The notes under the pieces are model-generated. The model was not told the origin of the DNA, did no database searches, and worked only from the letters and a program-made list of their open reading frames with translations. The position numbers and the translations under genes were made by a program. A stretch of 63,565 bases of DNA, filler included, from Octopus bimaculoides (taxonomy: Eukaryota), in assembly GCF_001194135.2 (NCBI RefSeq). It is 6 parts of 6 records of this genome, joined end to end, with 100 filler letters (N's around TTAATTAATTAA, not from the genome) between each part and the next. Parts side by side here need not be neighbours in the genome. Positions count along the whole stretch, not along the records: positions 1 to 12,813 come from NC_068992.1; positions 12,914 to 42,776 come from NC_068996.1; 4 more parts are not named here. One strand, given 5' to 3'. The stretch's first letter is position 1, and each line of letters begins with the position of its first letter. Shown piece after piece: positions 1-13,392 of this stretch.

Positions 1-48
<48 letters not shown>

Positions 49-642
49 TATAAGTATGTAGCTGTATCTGTGTGTAAAAGCATACAGCGGTACATATATA
101 TGTACGCAAGTACTGATGTCATTTTGTTTTTCTTTTGTTTTTCGTTTTTTTAATATTTAATAAATTTTATTTCATTGAACATTCAGATGAATCTGCGTAT
201 CTGGTGATGGTTTCTTTCATATCAGTTTCTATCTTGATTTCTTTATTTACGTATCACTGTCTCTATATATCATCATCATCATCATCACTTCATGTACACT
301 ATCTAGTGATTTGAGTGTCGAGATGCTCTTCCTGACACTAACCCTTGCCTATTTACAAGTGAAGTAACATCTCTTCTGCATGGGCTTTCAATGCTACAGC
401 TCATTGGCTGGTCATGTTTTCATAGAAGATTCTAGACAACTGAGACCATTTTTTGTAATAATGGTGATTTTGCTTACATTCACAAAGCAAATGTCAAAAC
501 AAGTAAGATTTTTGCTTCCCAACCACATGGTTCCAGGTTCAAACCCACTGCGTAGCACCTTGGGCAAGTGTTTTCTACTTATAGCTTCGGGCCGACCATA
601 GCCTTGTGAGTGGATTTGATGAACAAAAACTGGAAGAAGCCT

Positions 643-699
<57 letters not shown>

Positions 700-2206
700 N
701 NNNNNNNNNNNNNNNNNNNNNNNNNNNNNNNNNNNNNNNNNNNNNNNNNNNNNNNNNNNNNNNNNNNNNNNNNNNNNNNNNNNNNNNNNNNNNNNNNNNN
801 NNNNNNNNNNNNNNNNNNNNNNNNNNNNNNNNNNNNNNNNNNNNNNNNNNNNNNNNNNNNNNNNNNNNNNNNNNNNNNNNNNNNNNNNNNNNNNNNNNNN
901 NNNNNNNNNNNNNNNNNNNNNNNNNNNNNNNNNNNNNNNNNNNNNNNNNNNNNNNNNNNNNNNNNNNNNNNNNNNNNNNNNNNNNNNNNNNNNNNNNNNN
1001 NNNNNNNNNNNNNNNNNNNNNNNNNNNNNNNNNNNNNNNNNNNNNNNNNNNNNNNNNNNNNNNNNNNNNNNNNNNNNNNNNNNNNNNNNNNNNNNNNNNN
1101 NNNNNNNNNNNNNNNNNNNNNNNNNNNNNNNNNNNNNNNNNNNNNNNNNNNNNNNNNNNNNNNNNNNNNNNNNNNNNNNNNNNNNNNNNNNNNNNNNNNN
1201 NNNNNNNNNNNNNNNNNNNNNNNNNNNNNNNNNNNNNNNNNNNNNNNNNNNNNNNNNNNNNNNNNNNNNNNNNNNNNNNNNNNNNNNNNNNNNNNNNNNN
1301 NNNNNNNNNNNNNNNNNNNNNNNNNNNNNNNNNNNNNNNNNNNNNNNNNNNNNNNNNNNNNNNNNNNNNNNNNNNNNNNNNNNNNNNNNNNNNNNNNNNN
1401 NNNNNNNNNNNNNNNNNNNNNNNNNNNNNNNNNNNNNNNNNNNNNNNNNNNNNNNNNNNNNNNNNNNCTAGATATAAAAAGAAAACTAATACTTAAATAT
1501 CTGTGAAAATGGTTTGAAGCAACAAAACTAGAGTGTAAATACATTAAAGTATTTAGTTTCATACCTTTAGGTTGTAGGTTCAAATCCTGTTAAATTTCAC
1601 TACAGTTTTTTTTCCTTCCCTCCAGAGCTGATGAATTAAGTACTTTTGTAGCCGATTATGTGATTCAATTCACTACTTAAATAGGAATTGTGTGTATGTA
1701 TGTGTGTTCATGCATATTCATTTATGTGTTTGAGCAAAAATTTATGTTTGAATGCATGTGTGTGTATGTGTTTGAATGTGTATGTATATATATATATATA
1801 TATATATGAAAATATATGTGTGTGTGTATCTGCGTGTGTCAAAATACGTATTTCTTATGAAGATGCGTATAAATGAATGTGTATGTGCATATGTTTATGA
1901 ACATATAGATGTGTGTGTATATATGTTTGTGAATGAGATTATGAGTACCTATGTATGTCTATGAATGTAGTATGTATACATATATGTGAATACACATATG
2001 TGCATGTATGTGTTCAGATTGTATATTAGTATGCGTACGTGTTTATGAATGCATGAATGCTTCTGTATGTTTGTGAATATGTGTGTTTTTGTATCTATTT
2101 GCAAATGTTTAAGTATGCGTCTATGTAAACATGTTTGTGAAAATGTTATATATGTCATCATTATTTAACATCCATGGTGATGTTACTGTGTGTATAAATA
2201 TTTCTA

Positions 2207-2242
<36 letters not shown>

Positions 2243-2583
2243 TGTGTGTGTATGTGTGTGTGTTTCTCTACAAGAGCACAACAGTAAGATTCGATTGAGA
2301 AGCAGACAACTAACTTAGAATCCACGGATTCAAACTGGTACTACTCGTGTACCATGTCCATTGAGAAGACCCGTTGCACAGTCCACTTAGCTGTATGTAG
2401 GTGACATCTACATACAGCTGAAAATCCCCTTTTGGAAAGAAGGGAAATGGTAGCTCATTAAACAGTAAAGTGTATTTTCTTAGTTCAACAGTGTTGTACT
2501 AAACACGTACTGATTGGTGGTGGGGGAAATTTAAACATCTTTCTACTTATAATTCCAGATACCAATAGAATATATTGTAAAAG

Positions 2584-2638
<55 letters not shown>

Positions 2639-3292
2639 ATAAGAGAGACAATGAAGGGCCGAAAGAAAGCAAGAAAGAGAATATATTTGGTGATAGAATG
2701 CCAAAACACAAGGAAATTGCTAAATGGTTTTGGAAGCTCTGTAGTGCCAAAGTTACATCCTCTTTCCTTTCCTACAAAAATTGATATTGTATTTTTGCCA
2801 TATATAACAGCATCATCATTATCACCACTATCGTCATCGCTTTAACATCCATTTTCCCATGCTTGGAATGGTCAGATGGAATTCTTTGATGCAGATTTTT
2901 GTGTGGTTGCATGCCCTTCCTGTCATCCCCACCTGTCTCCAAGCATGGCAATATTTCCTCATCTTTTGACATGCTTTCATGGAAGATTGACAATGAAAGA
3001 CACTGTGTGATGGGGATGCTTATCTACAACCATCAGGTGATGCCAAGACAAGAAGACACAAACACATCAATGCCCATCACCCAATATATATATATATATA
3101 TAGTGTGTGCAGTAAGGCTTCAACAAGTAGACTAGCTCTCAATCAGCTAAGAGAGGGAAGATAATAATCATTATATATATATATATATATATANNNNNNN
3201 NNNTTGGGACTGCCATGTTGGCTTGGCGATAACTATTAATTTCCAGTACTGCTGCCGTAGTCTCCTTTAGAGAGACTTAGAAATATTAATAA

Positions 3293-3334
<42 letters not shown>

Positions 3335-4177
3335 CATTCAAAACTTTTTATTCTTTACATACAATGCACAATGCTTCAAGCGAACTACAATACTCTCATA
3401 TATGTATGTATATATGTTATATATGACAAGGAAGAGGATGAAGATATCAATATAGAATAAAGCTTAATAGTGGTTACAATTCTTTTGGGACCATTGTTCT
3501 TTAAACCACATTACACATAGGTGATTTTTGTGTGATAAATTATGCAAGACTTGTATGAACTTATGCATGGCTGAATGATGAGGTGTCATTCTTTGCTATA
3601 GAAGGAAACACCAGCCCAAAGTGTGATGCAATGTAACAGAAACTGAAACCATATATGGCTACAAAGCCAACATCACTTACACACATACATATAACACACA
3701 CTTGTGTTTGTATTTATAAATATACATAGGTGCAGGAGTGGCTGTGTGGTAAGTAGCTTGCTTACAAACCACATGGTTCTGGGTTTAGGCCCATTGTGTG
3801 ACATCTTGGGTAAGTGTCTTCTACTATTGCCTCAGGCTGACCAAAGCCTTGTGAGTGGATTTGGTGGACAGAAACTGAAAGAAGCTTCCACTTTTTGCAT
3901 CCACCTTCCTCTTGTGATTTCTCATTTTTTATTGTGCTGATATGTAACTTGTATAATCCATGTGCTCAGAGCCTGAAGTTTGCTTAGAGACACCAGGCAT
4001 ATTATCAAAACGTGTTTAGACAATATCTCCAATGTATGAAACTATTAGTTGCTCATAACTATATACCGAGTACATTAAACAATATTTAACTCCCACTGGA
4101 CGGAGTACTTTTTTTGTTGATCTTAACAGAAAAGTGAACTCTCTTTCTCTCTCTCTCTCTTTCTCTAAATGCTGTAG

Positions 4178-4201
4178 AAATGCTGTTATTTAAAGCCACA
4201 G
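4178..4201 (+). CDS. Candidate 24-nt frame-preserving micro-exon of an unidentified plus-strand gene
   Basis: (TC)n pyrimidine tract + ctgtag acceptor, AAATGCTGTTATTTAAAGCCACAG, consensus donor CAG|GTAAGT. Confidence 0.35.
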
Positions 4202-7200
4202 GTAAGTCACATCCATGAAACAGGTTCAATTCACAGATGAGTTTTTGAACATCAAAATTATTGCCTGTGTCTATTTTTTCTTCTGAACCAAATGTGTTTT
4301 TGTTTTTTTTCTTTATACCCATTGTATCTCTCTCCTTAAAATCTAACCATTCTTATATCTATCTTTGACTGTTAATTCAAAGAAATATCATCCGTTTCAT
4401 ATTTATCATAAAGTTGTGGAATCTTTTTATTGAATTATGATTTCTACCATAAAGTCATTTTTTGGGATAATTCAGTTTTTCAAAGAAATATTTTGTTCTA
4501 AGCTCTTCCCAACCATTTTCTTTTCAGTCTAACTGCTTGTTACATTGTTTGAGAAAATATTGGTAATATGTCATGGTGCTACCTCAACATAGTCATAGCC
4601 CATTGACTGCATACAGTAAAAGATTCATTCTCTAAAATCATATTTACAATATTCCTACAAGAATAGTGAAGACTGTAGAATGTTGGTAAATTTTTAGATA
4701 CCAGAATAAGTGAGGCAATTTCAATCCCTTGTTGAAGCATTTTATTTCATTTATTCCTTGTACCTGTAATTGTTAACCCTAGACAACATACTAGAAAAGA
4801 ATGACACAGTAGATGGCAGGAGTTCTGTTGAACCCCTCGACAAACCACATAAAATGACTGAACCAATAGGAGAGCTGCTATGTGGTCATATAATTTGTTA
4901 GAAATTGCTACTAAATCTCCTTCATATCACAACATATTTTAAACAACAAAGTTATAATAATATGTAAACAGATCTATCACAAGTCACAGGCTCCTCAGGC
5001 CAGAGTTTATCTTGGTTTCCACAGTGTGTAAGAAAACCAAGATTACAATACTTGTCTCATGAACAAAACATTAGACAGTTGCATGGTTAACTCTCAGCTG
5101 TAGCTGGTACTCATTTTCAGTTACATAGATTGACTGGAATAATGAGAAAGGAAGTGTTTTGTTCAAGAACATAATGCATCACCACCTAGTCTAAGAAATA
5201 AAACCATGGCTTATATTCAGGAGTCCAACACTTTAACCATCAAATCAAGTGCCTTCACAAACAAAAGAGGATCCATTGGATGTTGTCCCTTGAAAAGGAC
5301 AAACAGACATGGCAGAAAAAGTCTTGATCAAAAATTTTGTTCAATCAAGATTAACCAAGGGTTAAAGAACAACAATAATATGAACAGAATGTTTCATGAG
5401 TGACTCAGTCATCAATCATAGGTTCTCTTTGTCATAATTCTGGCAAGTAGGTTATGTTACTTGAAAACAGTTAAGAGTTGGTGACAGGAAAAGCATCTGG
5501 GCATAAAAAATCTGCCTCAACAAATTTCATCTGACTCATGCAATCATGGAAAAAGTGGATGTTAAACTATGCTGCTGGTGGTGCTGCTGCTACTGTTGAT
5601 GATGATGATGATGATACTAGTGTTGATTTTATGAATCAGCTTTACTTCTTGCTATTTCTCTCATTATCAGATGAAGAAACCAGTTACACTACTGCTTTCT
5701 TCATTTGATAATAAGAGAAACTGAGAAATTAGCTATACTCTTTTCCTTTGGTAATGAGAGAAATCTTTTCCCATAATACTTTCAGCTATGCACCATTTAT
5801 AGTGCACCGACAAAGACCAAGCATGGGTTTTAACCGAGACAACAATATCACACATAGCATACATAACGACACAGCAGAAGCTGTCTGTCATAAAATACCA
5901 GACTATATGAGAAAGACAATTAGAGATGACCTGTGTTTTAATTAACAATACATACTTGCTAGCCTTCATCTGATAGATTCCACCAACATCAACTAATGAC
6001 TAACAATCAACTTGACACGAATAACCAGGTTGTGTTCTATTCGGTCTTTAAAGACTTCATCACAGTTGAACCATTCTATGGATCTTTTGTAAGTATCATT
6101 AAAGATTAATTATTAGTTACACAGTAATTAAGCAATAAATTTTCTTCATTTCTATACAATGCTTTGCCAGTGAATGCAATTTTCCATGGGGTTTGTGATG
6201 GGATAGAGGTGAATATTTTTCACATTAGGCTTTTAATTTTTCCCCACCCATAAATGTGAACCTTTCACCTTTCAATGAAACTATCATAGGTCAAAGAAAT
6301 CCTAGCAGAAACCCCATATTTTCAGTCAGTTATTTTCATATCAGAATCATGTTTTCATTACCAAAGTTCCAATGGTTGTCATATCTTTTACACTTTGAGG
6401 AATTAAAGAAATTTTGTGGATGCCTGGTGTTATTTTGCATGAATCTTTCCATACTTACATTGGAACAATTGTCATTGTTTACCACACCGCAGAAGAATTC
6501 TATTCTCAGAGAGATTCTAGCAGAGACCATTCCGTTTTCTGACTAAGCTGTTAAAGGAATGTAGGAACTGAGATAAGGATGTAGCTTTAATTTACTGATA
6601 AGGTGGAGTTTTGTTTTAATTATGTCACAATATTATGTAATTAAAAATGGTTATTAAGACACAATGGTTGTGTGGTTTTGGTGTTAGACCACAAACCCTA
6701 TAGTCATGGGTTCATGCCTTATTATTGCAACAATTGGGCATTGAACACTTACACCTCCCAACCTCAAGTATATCATCTAACTCCACTTACTGCGGCTGTA
6801 AAGTAATCTTTTTAATCATAGAGTGATTCATTACACTTCCAGTGCCAATGAGAAAGACATAAATTTTAAAACTCTGTTACAATCTCTTGAAAAATAAAGT
6901 GGACATTTTGTGCTTAGTTGTAATAAATCAATATATTTGCTAATTAGTTTTCAATTGATTAATTAATGTGTATGTGGAGGGGAGGGGTGATGGTAGTCTA
7001 TCTTTCGATAAAACCAAACTATGAGAAGCAGTGTTTGCTGTGGTAAGGATGTGTTTGCCAAGAGTGATTTCTTTGTGATAACAAGGTCCAACATTTAGAG
7101 TGACTGTGGATGTCTCCATTTACTTACTGCTCAGGCTTTAAAAAGATAAGTGGCAATTATGCTTCATTGATAAGTCAGGTGATTCTGTTTTTGTTTTGTT

Positions 7201-7706
7201 TTAGAAGCATAGAGGGTTGGTGTGTCCCCAGTTTAAAGCTGTTCTCCAGGTTACTGTTTATGGAGACAGTGTAGATTTGATGCAACGTTTGGATTGCACT
7301 GTAACCGTATAAAGCCGTTGAAGTTCTGTATTTCGCAATGTAGACCAATCGTAGCATTTTTTCTTGCAGGAGTTTTGCTTGTACATAGACTAAGACATAG
7401 TTTGGTTGTCGTTAAGCGATGGTCACTCCCTAAGCTGCGAAAGCTGTTATATGCTTTTACATTATGTACACAAGTTTAGGGAAGAATGAAGGGTGATAAA
7501 TATTTGCGAAGGTATTGAAGAGCAGGGTACCTTCCTTGAGGGGCTTTCTAATTAGATGTATCGGTTAATTAGTTATCAGTTCAGCTAATTTTAGAATTGG
7601 TTTAACTAAGTTCACCAGGTCATTCTCGCGCAAGGAGTTGAAATGCCCTTTTGACTTTGCAATGTTTCTGTTCAGCAGTACAGTAATGAAAAATACAAAG
7701 AAACAG

Positions 7707-7852
7707 CGTGGTAAGAAGCTTGCTTCCCAACGACACGGTTCCAGGTTCAGTCCCACCACTTGACATCTTGGGCAAGTGTCTCCTACTATAGACTCAGGTC
7801 GAACAAAGCCTTGTGAGTGGATTTGGTAGACGGAAACTGAAAGAAGCCTATC

Positions 7853-7895
<43 letters not shown>

Positions 7896-8120
7896 TGTGT
7901 GTGTGTCTTTGTGTCTGTGCCTCCCCATCAATACTTGACAAGGATGTCAGTGTGTTTACATCCCCGTAACTTGACGGTTCAGCAAAAGAGATTGATAGAA
8001 AAAGTACTAAGCTTACAACAAATAAGTCCAAAGGTCAATTTCTTTAATTAAAAAACCCTTAAAGGCAGTGCTCCAGCATGGCCACAGTTAACCGACTGAA
8101 ACATGTAAAAGTATAAAAGA
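7707..8120 (+). mobile_element. SINE family A, near full length
   Basis: Collinear with the 14013-14390 copy. Confidence 0.88.
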
Positions 8121-8445
8121 ATAAAAAAAAGAAGAAAAGGAGGTGGGGTAAAGCAACAGAAGATGTAGGAGGGGCAATGGGCTACATCCACCAGAATAAG
8201 TGAGGTGCTCAGCTGTACCCCACTGCAATGGCGTCACCATGGAGAACAGGCAGTGGCACTCATTGCAGCAACCATTCCACCATGTGAGGCTTTCTCCAAC
8301 AGGCTGCTGTTATTCCTATTTTGCAGAGGAAATCGGTAGTATGATGTCCTACATGTCATCTGGATAGCAACCAGCACAAACTCATAGTGGCCAGTCAGAC
8401 TCCCGGATTTATTGATTTTTATCTCCTCCATGTTATGGGCGGAGT

Positions 8446-8828
8446 GGAGGCGCAATGGCCCAGTGGTTAGGGCAGTGGACTCGCGGTCATAGGATCGCAG
8501 TTTCGATTCCCAGACCGGGTGTTGTGAGTGTTTATTGAGCGAAAACACCAAAAGCTCCACGTGGCTCTGGCAGGGGATGGTGGTGAACCCTGCTGTACTC
8601 TTTCACTACAACTTTCTCTCACTCTTACTTCCAGTTTCTGTTGTGCCTGTAATTCAAAGGGTCAGCCTTGTCACACTTTGCATCACGTTGAATATCCCCG
8701 AGAACTACATTAAGGGTACACATGTCTGTGGAATGCTCAGCCACTTGCACGTTAATTTCACGAGCAGGCTGTTCCGTTGATTCGATCAACTGGAAACCTC
8801 AACGTCGTAAGCAATGGAGTGCCAACAA
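8446..8828 (+). mobile_element. tRNA-derived SINE family B, full length with imperfect TSD
   Basis: Head GGCGCAATGGCCCAGTGGTTAGGGCAGTGGACTCG..GTTTCGATTCCC; flanked by gttatgggcgg (8432) and gttatgggtgg (8829). Confidence 0.85.
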
Positions 8829-9825
8829 GTTATGGGTGGTGGCATCTGGCTTTGCAGTCAATGCAATGTATCTCATCATTGTACCTATTTACAGCTACAC
8901 AGACAGAGCCTCTCAAAATGGTTCTAATGTTTCTGCTGAATCAACAAATTGTGTTTCAGACGTATAAGCTGTGTGTGTTTCAGTGGAAGTGAATTATGCT
9001 GAGTGTTTTGTGATATTTATGTACTTGATGCTCTAGCGGCAAAATATATAAAAAAAAAAAAACACCACCACCACCATCACTGATGTTACTGTTTTTGTTA
9101 TTTTCCATGGTTAATGTTGAAATAGGATTAAATTATCATACAAACACCACTACCACCAAGAATCACAACAACAACAACGAAAACAGTTATCTCCACAACC
9201 AGCAACACAACCACCAGAGTATCTATCACAAACATCTACTTCACCAACACCTCCACCATCACCACACAGGCACCACAACCATCACCACTGCCACTACCAC
9301 AAACAGCATCAACAACAACAAATCTGAATTTTAATATATCTTTCTGTACATAGATAATCCTTTAATGTAAGTAATCCGTCATTGATCTGTCCAAGTATTA
9401 TTGCTAATCTATTTATCTATCAATCAATCAGAAGACTTAGTCCTTTAGAGTACCACCCTATATCAGACAGACCTAATCTATGAGTCTTAACATCCGATCC
9501 AATATTCCTCAGACACACCGGATTCCAAGACTTGATATTGAAATTATTTTAAAATCTCCTTATTTATTTCTTTGATTTTCATGTTTTTGCTATTTATTTC
9601 CAGTCGTACTTTTTTATCTAAGAGTGCAAAGATGTCTTAATCAATAGCTTATATTCACTTCCCTTCATTTTATTAGCACTGCTGCACATATATAATGCAC
9701 ATGTTCCATATTAGGACATATATGTGTTTCATAGATGTGATGTGAATGAGCTACATATATGTGATGTGTGTGTTCTGTGTGTGTGTTGTATGCCATACAA
9801 GGCATATTTATGGTTCAGATATGTG

Positions 9826-9903
9826 ATGTGTGTGGGTTTCAAATATGTGATGTCTGTGTGTGTGTTACAAATATGTGATGTGTGTGTGTGCTTCAAATAT
9901 GTG

Positions 9904-9943
<40 letters not shown>

Positions 9944-10046
9944 CAAATATGTGATGTGTGTGTGTTTCAAATATGTGATGTGCGTGTGGGTTTCAAATAT
10001 GTGATGTGCGTGTGTGTTTCAAATATGTGATGTGTGTGTGTTTCAA

Positions 10047-10089
<43 letters not shown>

Positions 10090-10160
10090 GCGGAAATGTG
10101 ATGTNNNNNNNNNNNNNNNNNNNNNNNTGTGTGTGTGTGTTTTGCGGAAATGTGATGTCT
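9826..10160 (+). repeat. Minisatellite of ttcaaatatgtgatg(tg)n units inside a ~0.9-kb degenerate TG-rich tract
   Basis: At least seven tandem units with a variable (TG)n spacer. Confidence 0.85.
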
Positions 10161-10676
10161 GTGATCTGTATGAGCTGGGGGGGGGGGGTTGATATGTATG
10201 TTCCAAACATGTGATCTGTGCATTCCATGCACTGTGATGTGTTTGATGTGATTTCTATATATGTATGTATGTGTGCATTCAATATATACCTATGTGTATG
10301 TGTTCTATATCTGATGTGTGTGTTCTTTATTATGTGATGTATGTGCTCCATATATGTGGGATGTATGTTGCTCTATATGTGATGTGTGTGTTCTACATGT
10401 GATATGTGTGTTTTATATATGTGAAGAGTATGCCATGTGATGTGTATCATTTCTATGATGTACATATACTATATGTGTCATATATGATGTGTGTGTTCAT
10501 ATACATATGTAATGTGCATTTGATTTATATGATGTATGTGTTTTATATATGCCAAATGTGTTTTATATATGCATTAAGTGTGTTGTATATGTGGCGTATG
10601 TATGAAAGTGTTTTCTGTTTGAGAGATTTATTGCCATATGCATTTGTTAATTGGTGATTAATTCTACTAATTTCAG

Positions 10677-10715
10677 AAGAAATTTCTGATCACGGTAGGA
10701 TTTTCATTCCACACT
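10677..10715 (+). CDS. Candidate 39-nt symmetric exon (xEISDHGRIFIPH)
   Basis: Acceptor attctactaatttcag (branch-like CTAAT), donor ACT|GTAAGT, length a multiple of 3. Confidence 0.3.
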
Positions 10716-12240
10716 GTAAGTTAACAGAAATGGTCTGTCAATTGTGAGACAAACTATAGAGACCTAGATTAAATGGGGTAAGATACTCACTTTTGTGCCT
10801 TTAAGTTCTATCAAGGAATTGCTTTATCTTTAATACTGACTCCAAAGAGCCAGTCTTCGGAAAGTACAGCAGTGCTAATTATCAGAGAATGGTAATCTCA
10901 ATTCCTGTTGCTATGAGTTACAAATACTGAAAGAAAAACCCCAAGAAAACTCTCTCTCGCACTCTCTCTTTCTCTCTAATCAAATTTAAGATATTAAGTT
11001 ATAATCTTTAAAATATAATTAATGAGCTAAATTAGGTTAAAAGAGAATTAGAATGATACAATTATATAAACAGAGAACTCAAATTGAGTAAACACACACA
11101 GATACATACATACATATTTGTGTACATTTGTGTATATGTATATACCCATGTGGGTGGTTATGTAATAGCAAATAAGCAATTATTAAAAATATCTCTGTGG
11201 TCCAGTTTTAATTTTTTCATTATTTCATATTTTATATTTCTTCATTAGTTCCTTATATTTTATTTGCCAAAATAATGTACCAGTCCACCTTGAATCCAGA
11301 ATTTCTTGGCCTTAATAATTTTTCTGAATGAATTTGTTGTTGATGTTGTTTTATCCCTAGGTCAACACTAACTGAGTGAATTAATGATCCAAACCATTTC
11401 AGCCATGACCATCCCATCATAAATGACGTATCAAGAGTCTCCTTTATTCATTTTAAGAAAGAGTAATGTGTGATTTAAGGATGATTTGGCTGTTATTTTT
11501 AGCAAATCAAACAACCACATAGAGACTACTGTTTTCGTTTTGTTTTTTGTTCTTTTTTGCTCATTAACAATGAAGTGGTTATTAGTGTCATTTTGTTAAT
11601 AGTGTTTAATTGTAGGCAGGAGTCATGCTGACTATGTTGTGTTAATTAGAAAGGTCATTATCAATGGATTTAAGAGTCCTACCCCTGCTAATGACTGGCT
11701 GCTTTTACTAATCAAGAAGTGGACTTAATTTGTGACTAGGTTCTACTACCTGTGCATTAATTATTTCATTGTGTGTTGTTATTAATATAGCCTTGGTAAT
11801 TAATCTGCTAATTACTGGTATAGGGTGGGAAATTTCCTATCACTTGAATGTGATATCAACTAATGCTTTCCAGTTTAGCCTCAAATCAATTTTGAGCAAA
11901 CAAACTAATGATCACAGGTATTCTGGTAGTGACCATCCCCTCTAAATTTTTCAAAATGTATCTACAACTACATTACCCAATGGGGTTTTCTAAATCTCAA
12001 ATGGTTGTGAGTGATTTAAAGAAGAATTGGCTTCTGTTTCTAGCAGGTCGTGTATCAGTATAGGGTTCCTTCGTTAGTATGTTTTCTATCTTGATTAGTC
12101 CTGTATTGAGCAAAGTAATTGCAATGCTTACTTGTGAATGCATAGTTAAATGTTGAGAGAGTGTGGTATATGTATGGCAAACATTCAGATACACACCCAG
12201 ACACACATGTATGTATATGTATATATATATATATAGTTTT

Positions 12241-12365
12241 AGGGAAAAGAACCAAGGTTTATGAACGCATCGATGAAAATCCACTGTCACATATAGAAAA
12301 ATTAATAAGTAAAAGCACAATAAATAAGTATAATATAATACAAAGTAAATATCATAAGATACTAC

Positions 12366-12401
<36 letters not shown>

Positions 12402-12423
12402 CTTATGATATCATTATCTAATG

Positions 12424-12456
<33 letters not shown>

Positions 12457-12578
12457 GTAATATCTTATATTTACTTTGTATTATATTATACTTATTTATT
12501 GTGCTTTTAATTATTAATTTTTCTATATGTGACAGTGGATTTTCATTGATGAGTTCATGAACCTTGGTTCTTTTCCCT
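12241..12578. repeat. Near-perfect foldback palindrome (MITE-like), about 160-nt arms
   Basis: agggaaaagaaccaagg...(tta)n and (taa)n...ccttggttcttttccct arms differ at only a handful of positions; short spacer near 12400-12420; flanked by (TA)n. Confidence 0.9.
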
Positions 12579-12589
12579 ATATATATATC

Positions 12590-12813
12590 ATCATCATCAT
12601 CATCATCGTTTAACGTCCGCTTTCCATGCTAGCATGGGTTGGACGATTTGACTGAGGACTGGTGAAACCGGATGGCAACACCAGGCTCCAATCTAATTTG
12701 GCAGAGTTTCTACAGCTGGATGCCCTTCCTAACGCCAACCACTCAGAGAGTGTAGTGGATGCTTTTACGTGTCACCCGCACGAAAACGGCCACGCTCGAA
12801 ATGGTGTCTTTTA
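12590..12813 (-). mobile_element. Young RTE-subfamily 3' end abutting (TA)n
   Basis: Near-identical to the 24330 and 20250 copies; truncated by a gap. Confidence 0.85.
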
Positions 12814-12913
12814 NNNNNNNNNNNNNNNNNNNNNNNNNNNNNNNNNNNNNNNNNNNNTTAATTAATTAANNNNNNNNNNNNNNNNNNNNNNNNNNNNNNN
12901 NNNNNNNNNNNNN
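12814..12913. other. Artificial 100-bp assembly linker 44N-TTAATTAATTAA-44N (also 42777-42876, 48470-48569, 53162-53261, 61573-61672)
   Basis: Identical geometry five times; the palindromic 12-mer has stops in all six frames. Confidence 0.95.
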
Positions 12914-13356
12914 GAAAATTTACCCGAAAAAGTGGGTTTCTGTAGGAAAAAAAAAAAAGACCTGAAAGGTGGAGTGCAGTCCACGTCCTTTAACCTCCGC
13001 CTAAATGTCTAGTAATAGCAGGTTTATAAACACTTAAAGAGTGAACATGGTAGAGTGGAAACTATGCAGAAGACCGCCTATCTCCCCCCCTCTCTCTATA
13101 TATATTCCGTGCTCTGTTTATGTTGTTTTTCATTTTGTCCACGTTTTTTTGTGACGTCCTGTACCCAGATATGCATCTATATATACATGTTGATGTAGGT
13201 ATGTACATGTATGTACGTATATATATGCATATACTCACATATTATTTGTATTATATATATATATATATACACACACACAAACGTAATCACAAATGCAAAA
13301 CTAGATGGAAAACATAGTACTTGAATACACAAGGTAGAGTAAAAAGTCTTCACAAA

Positions 13357-13392
13357 CTGTTACTTAGTTTCACGTTACCGCTCGTCGGACAG
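13357..13392 (-). ncRNA. Very short type I hammerhead-like motif (U4C variant)
   Basis: Minus strand: CTGT CCGACGA GCG GTAA CGT GAAA C TAA GTA ACAG; stem I CTGT/ACAG, 3-bp stem II, GUA triplet. Confidence 0.5.

Noticed and set aside
579-1583. Long ORFs in the track spanning N gaps (also near 15.9, 19.4, 20.4, 25.4, 38.2, 47.3, 58.6 and 62.4 kb)
   Set aside because: Open only because N codons contain no stops.
6455-6550. Minus-strand exon-like segment with good acceptor and GTAAGT donor
   Set aside because: Stops in all three frames from the acceptor; could be a UTR or terminal exon but is unsupported.
8446-8520. tRNA-like heads of SINE families A, B and C
   Set aside because: They have A/B boxes but no complete cloverleaf and continue into SINE bodies; not tRNA genes.
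10081-10160. Direct duplication of gtgttttgcggaaatgtgatgt either side of a short gap
   Set aside because: Likely an unmerged contig overlap or a minisatellite unit; cannot be distinguished from an assembly artefact.
12858-12869. Recurring TTAATTAATTAA palindrome inside N runs (five times)
   Set aside because: Always 44 N + 12-mer + 44 N = 100 bp; a six-frame-stop scaffolding linker, not biology.
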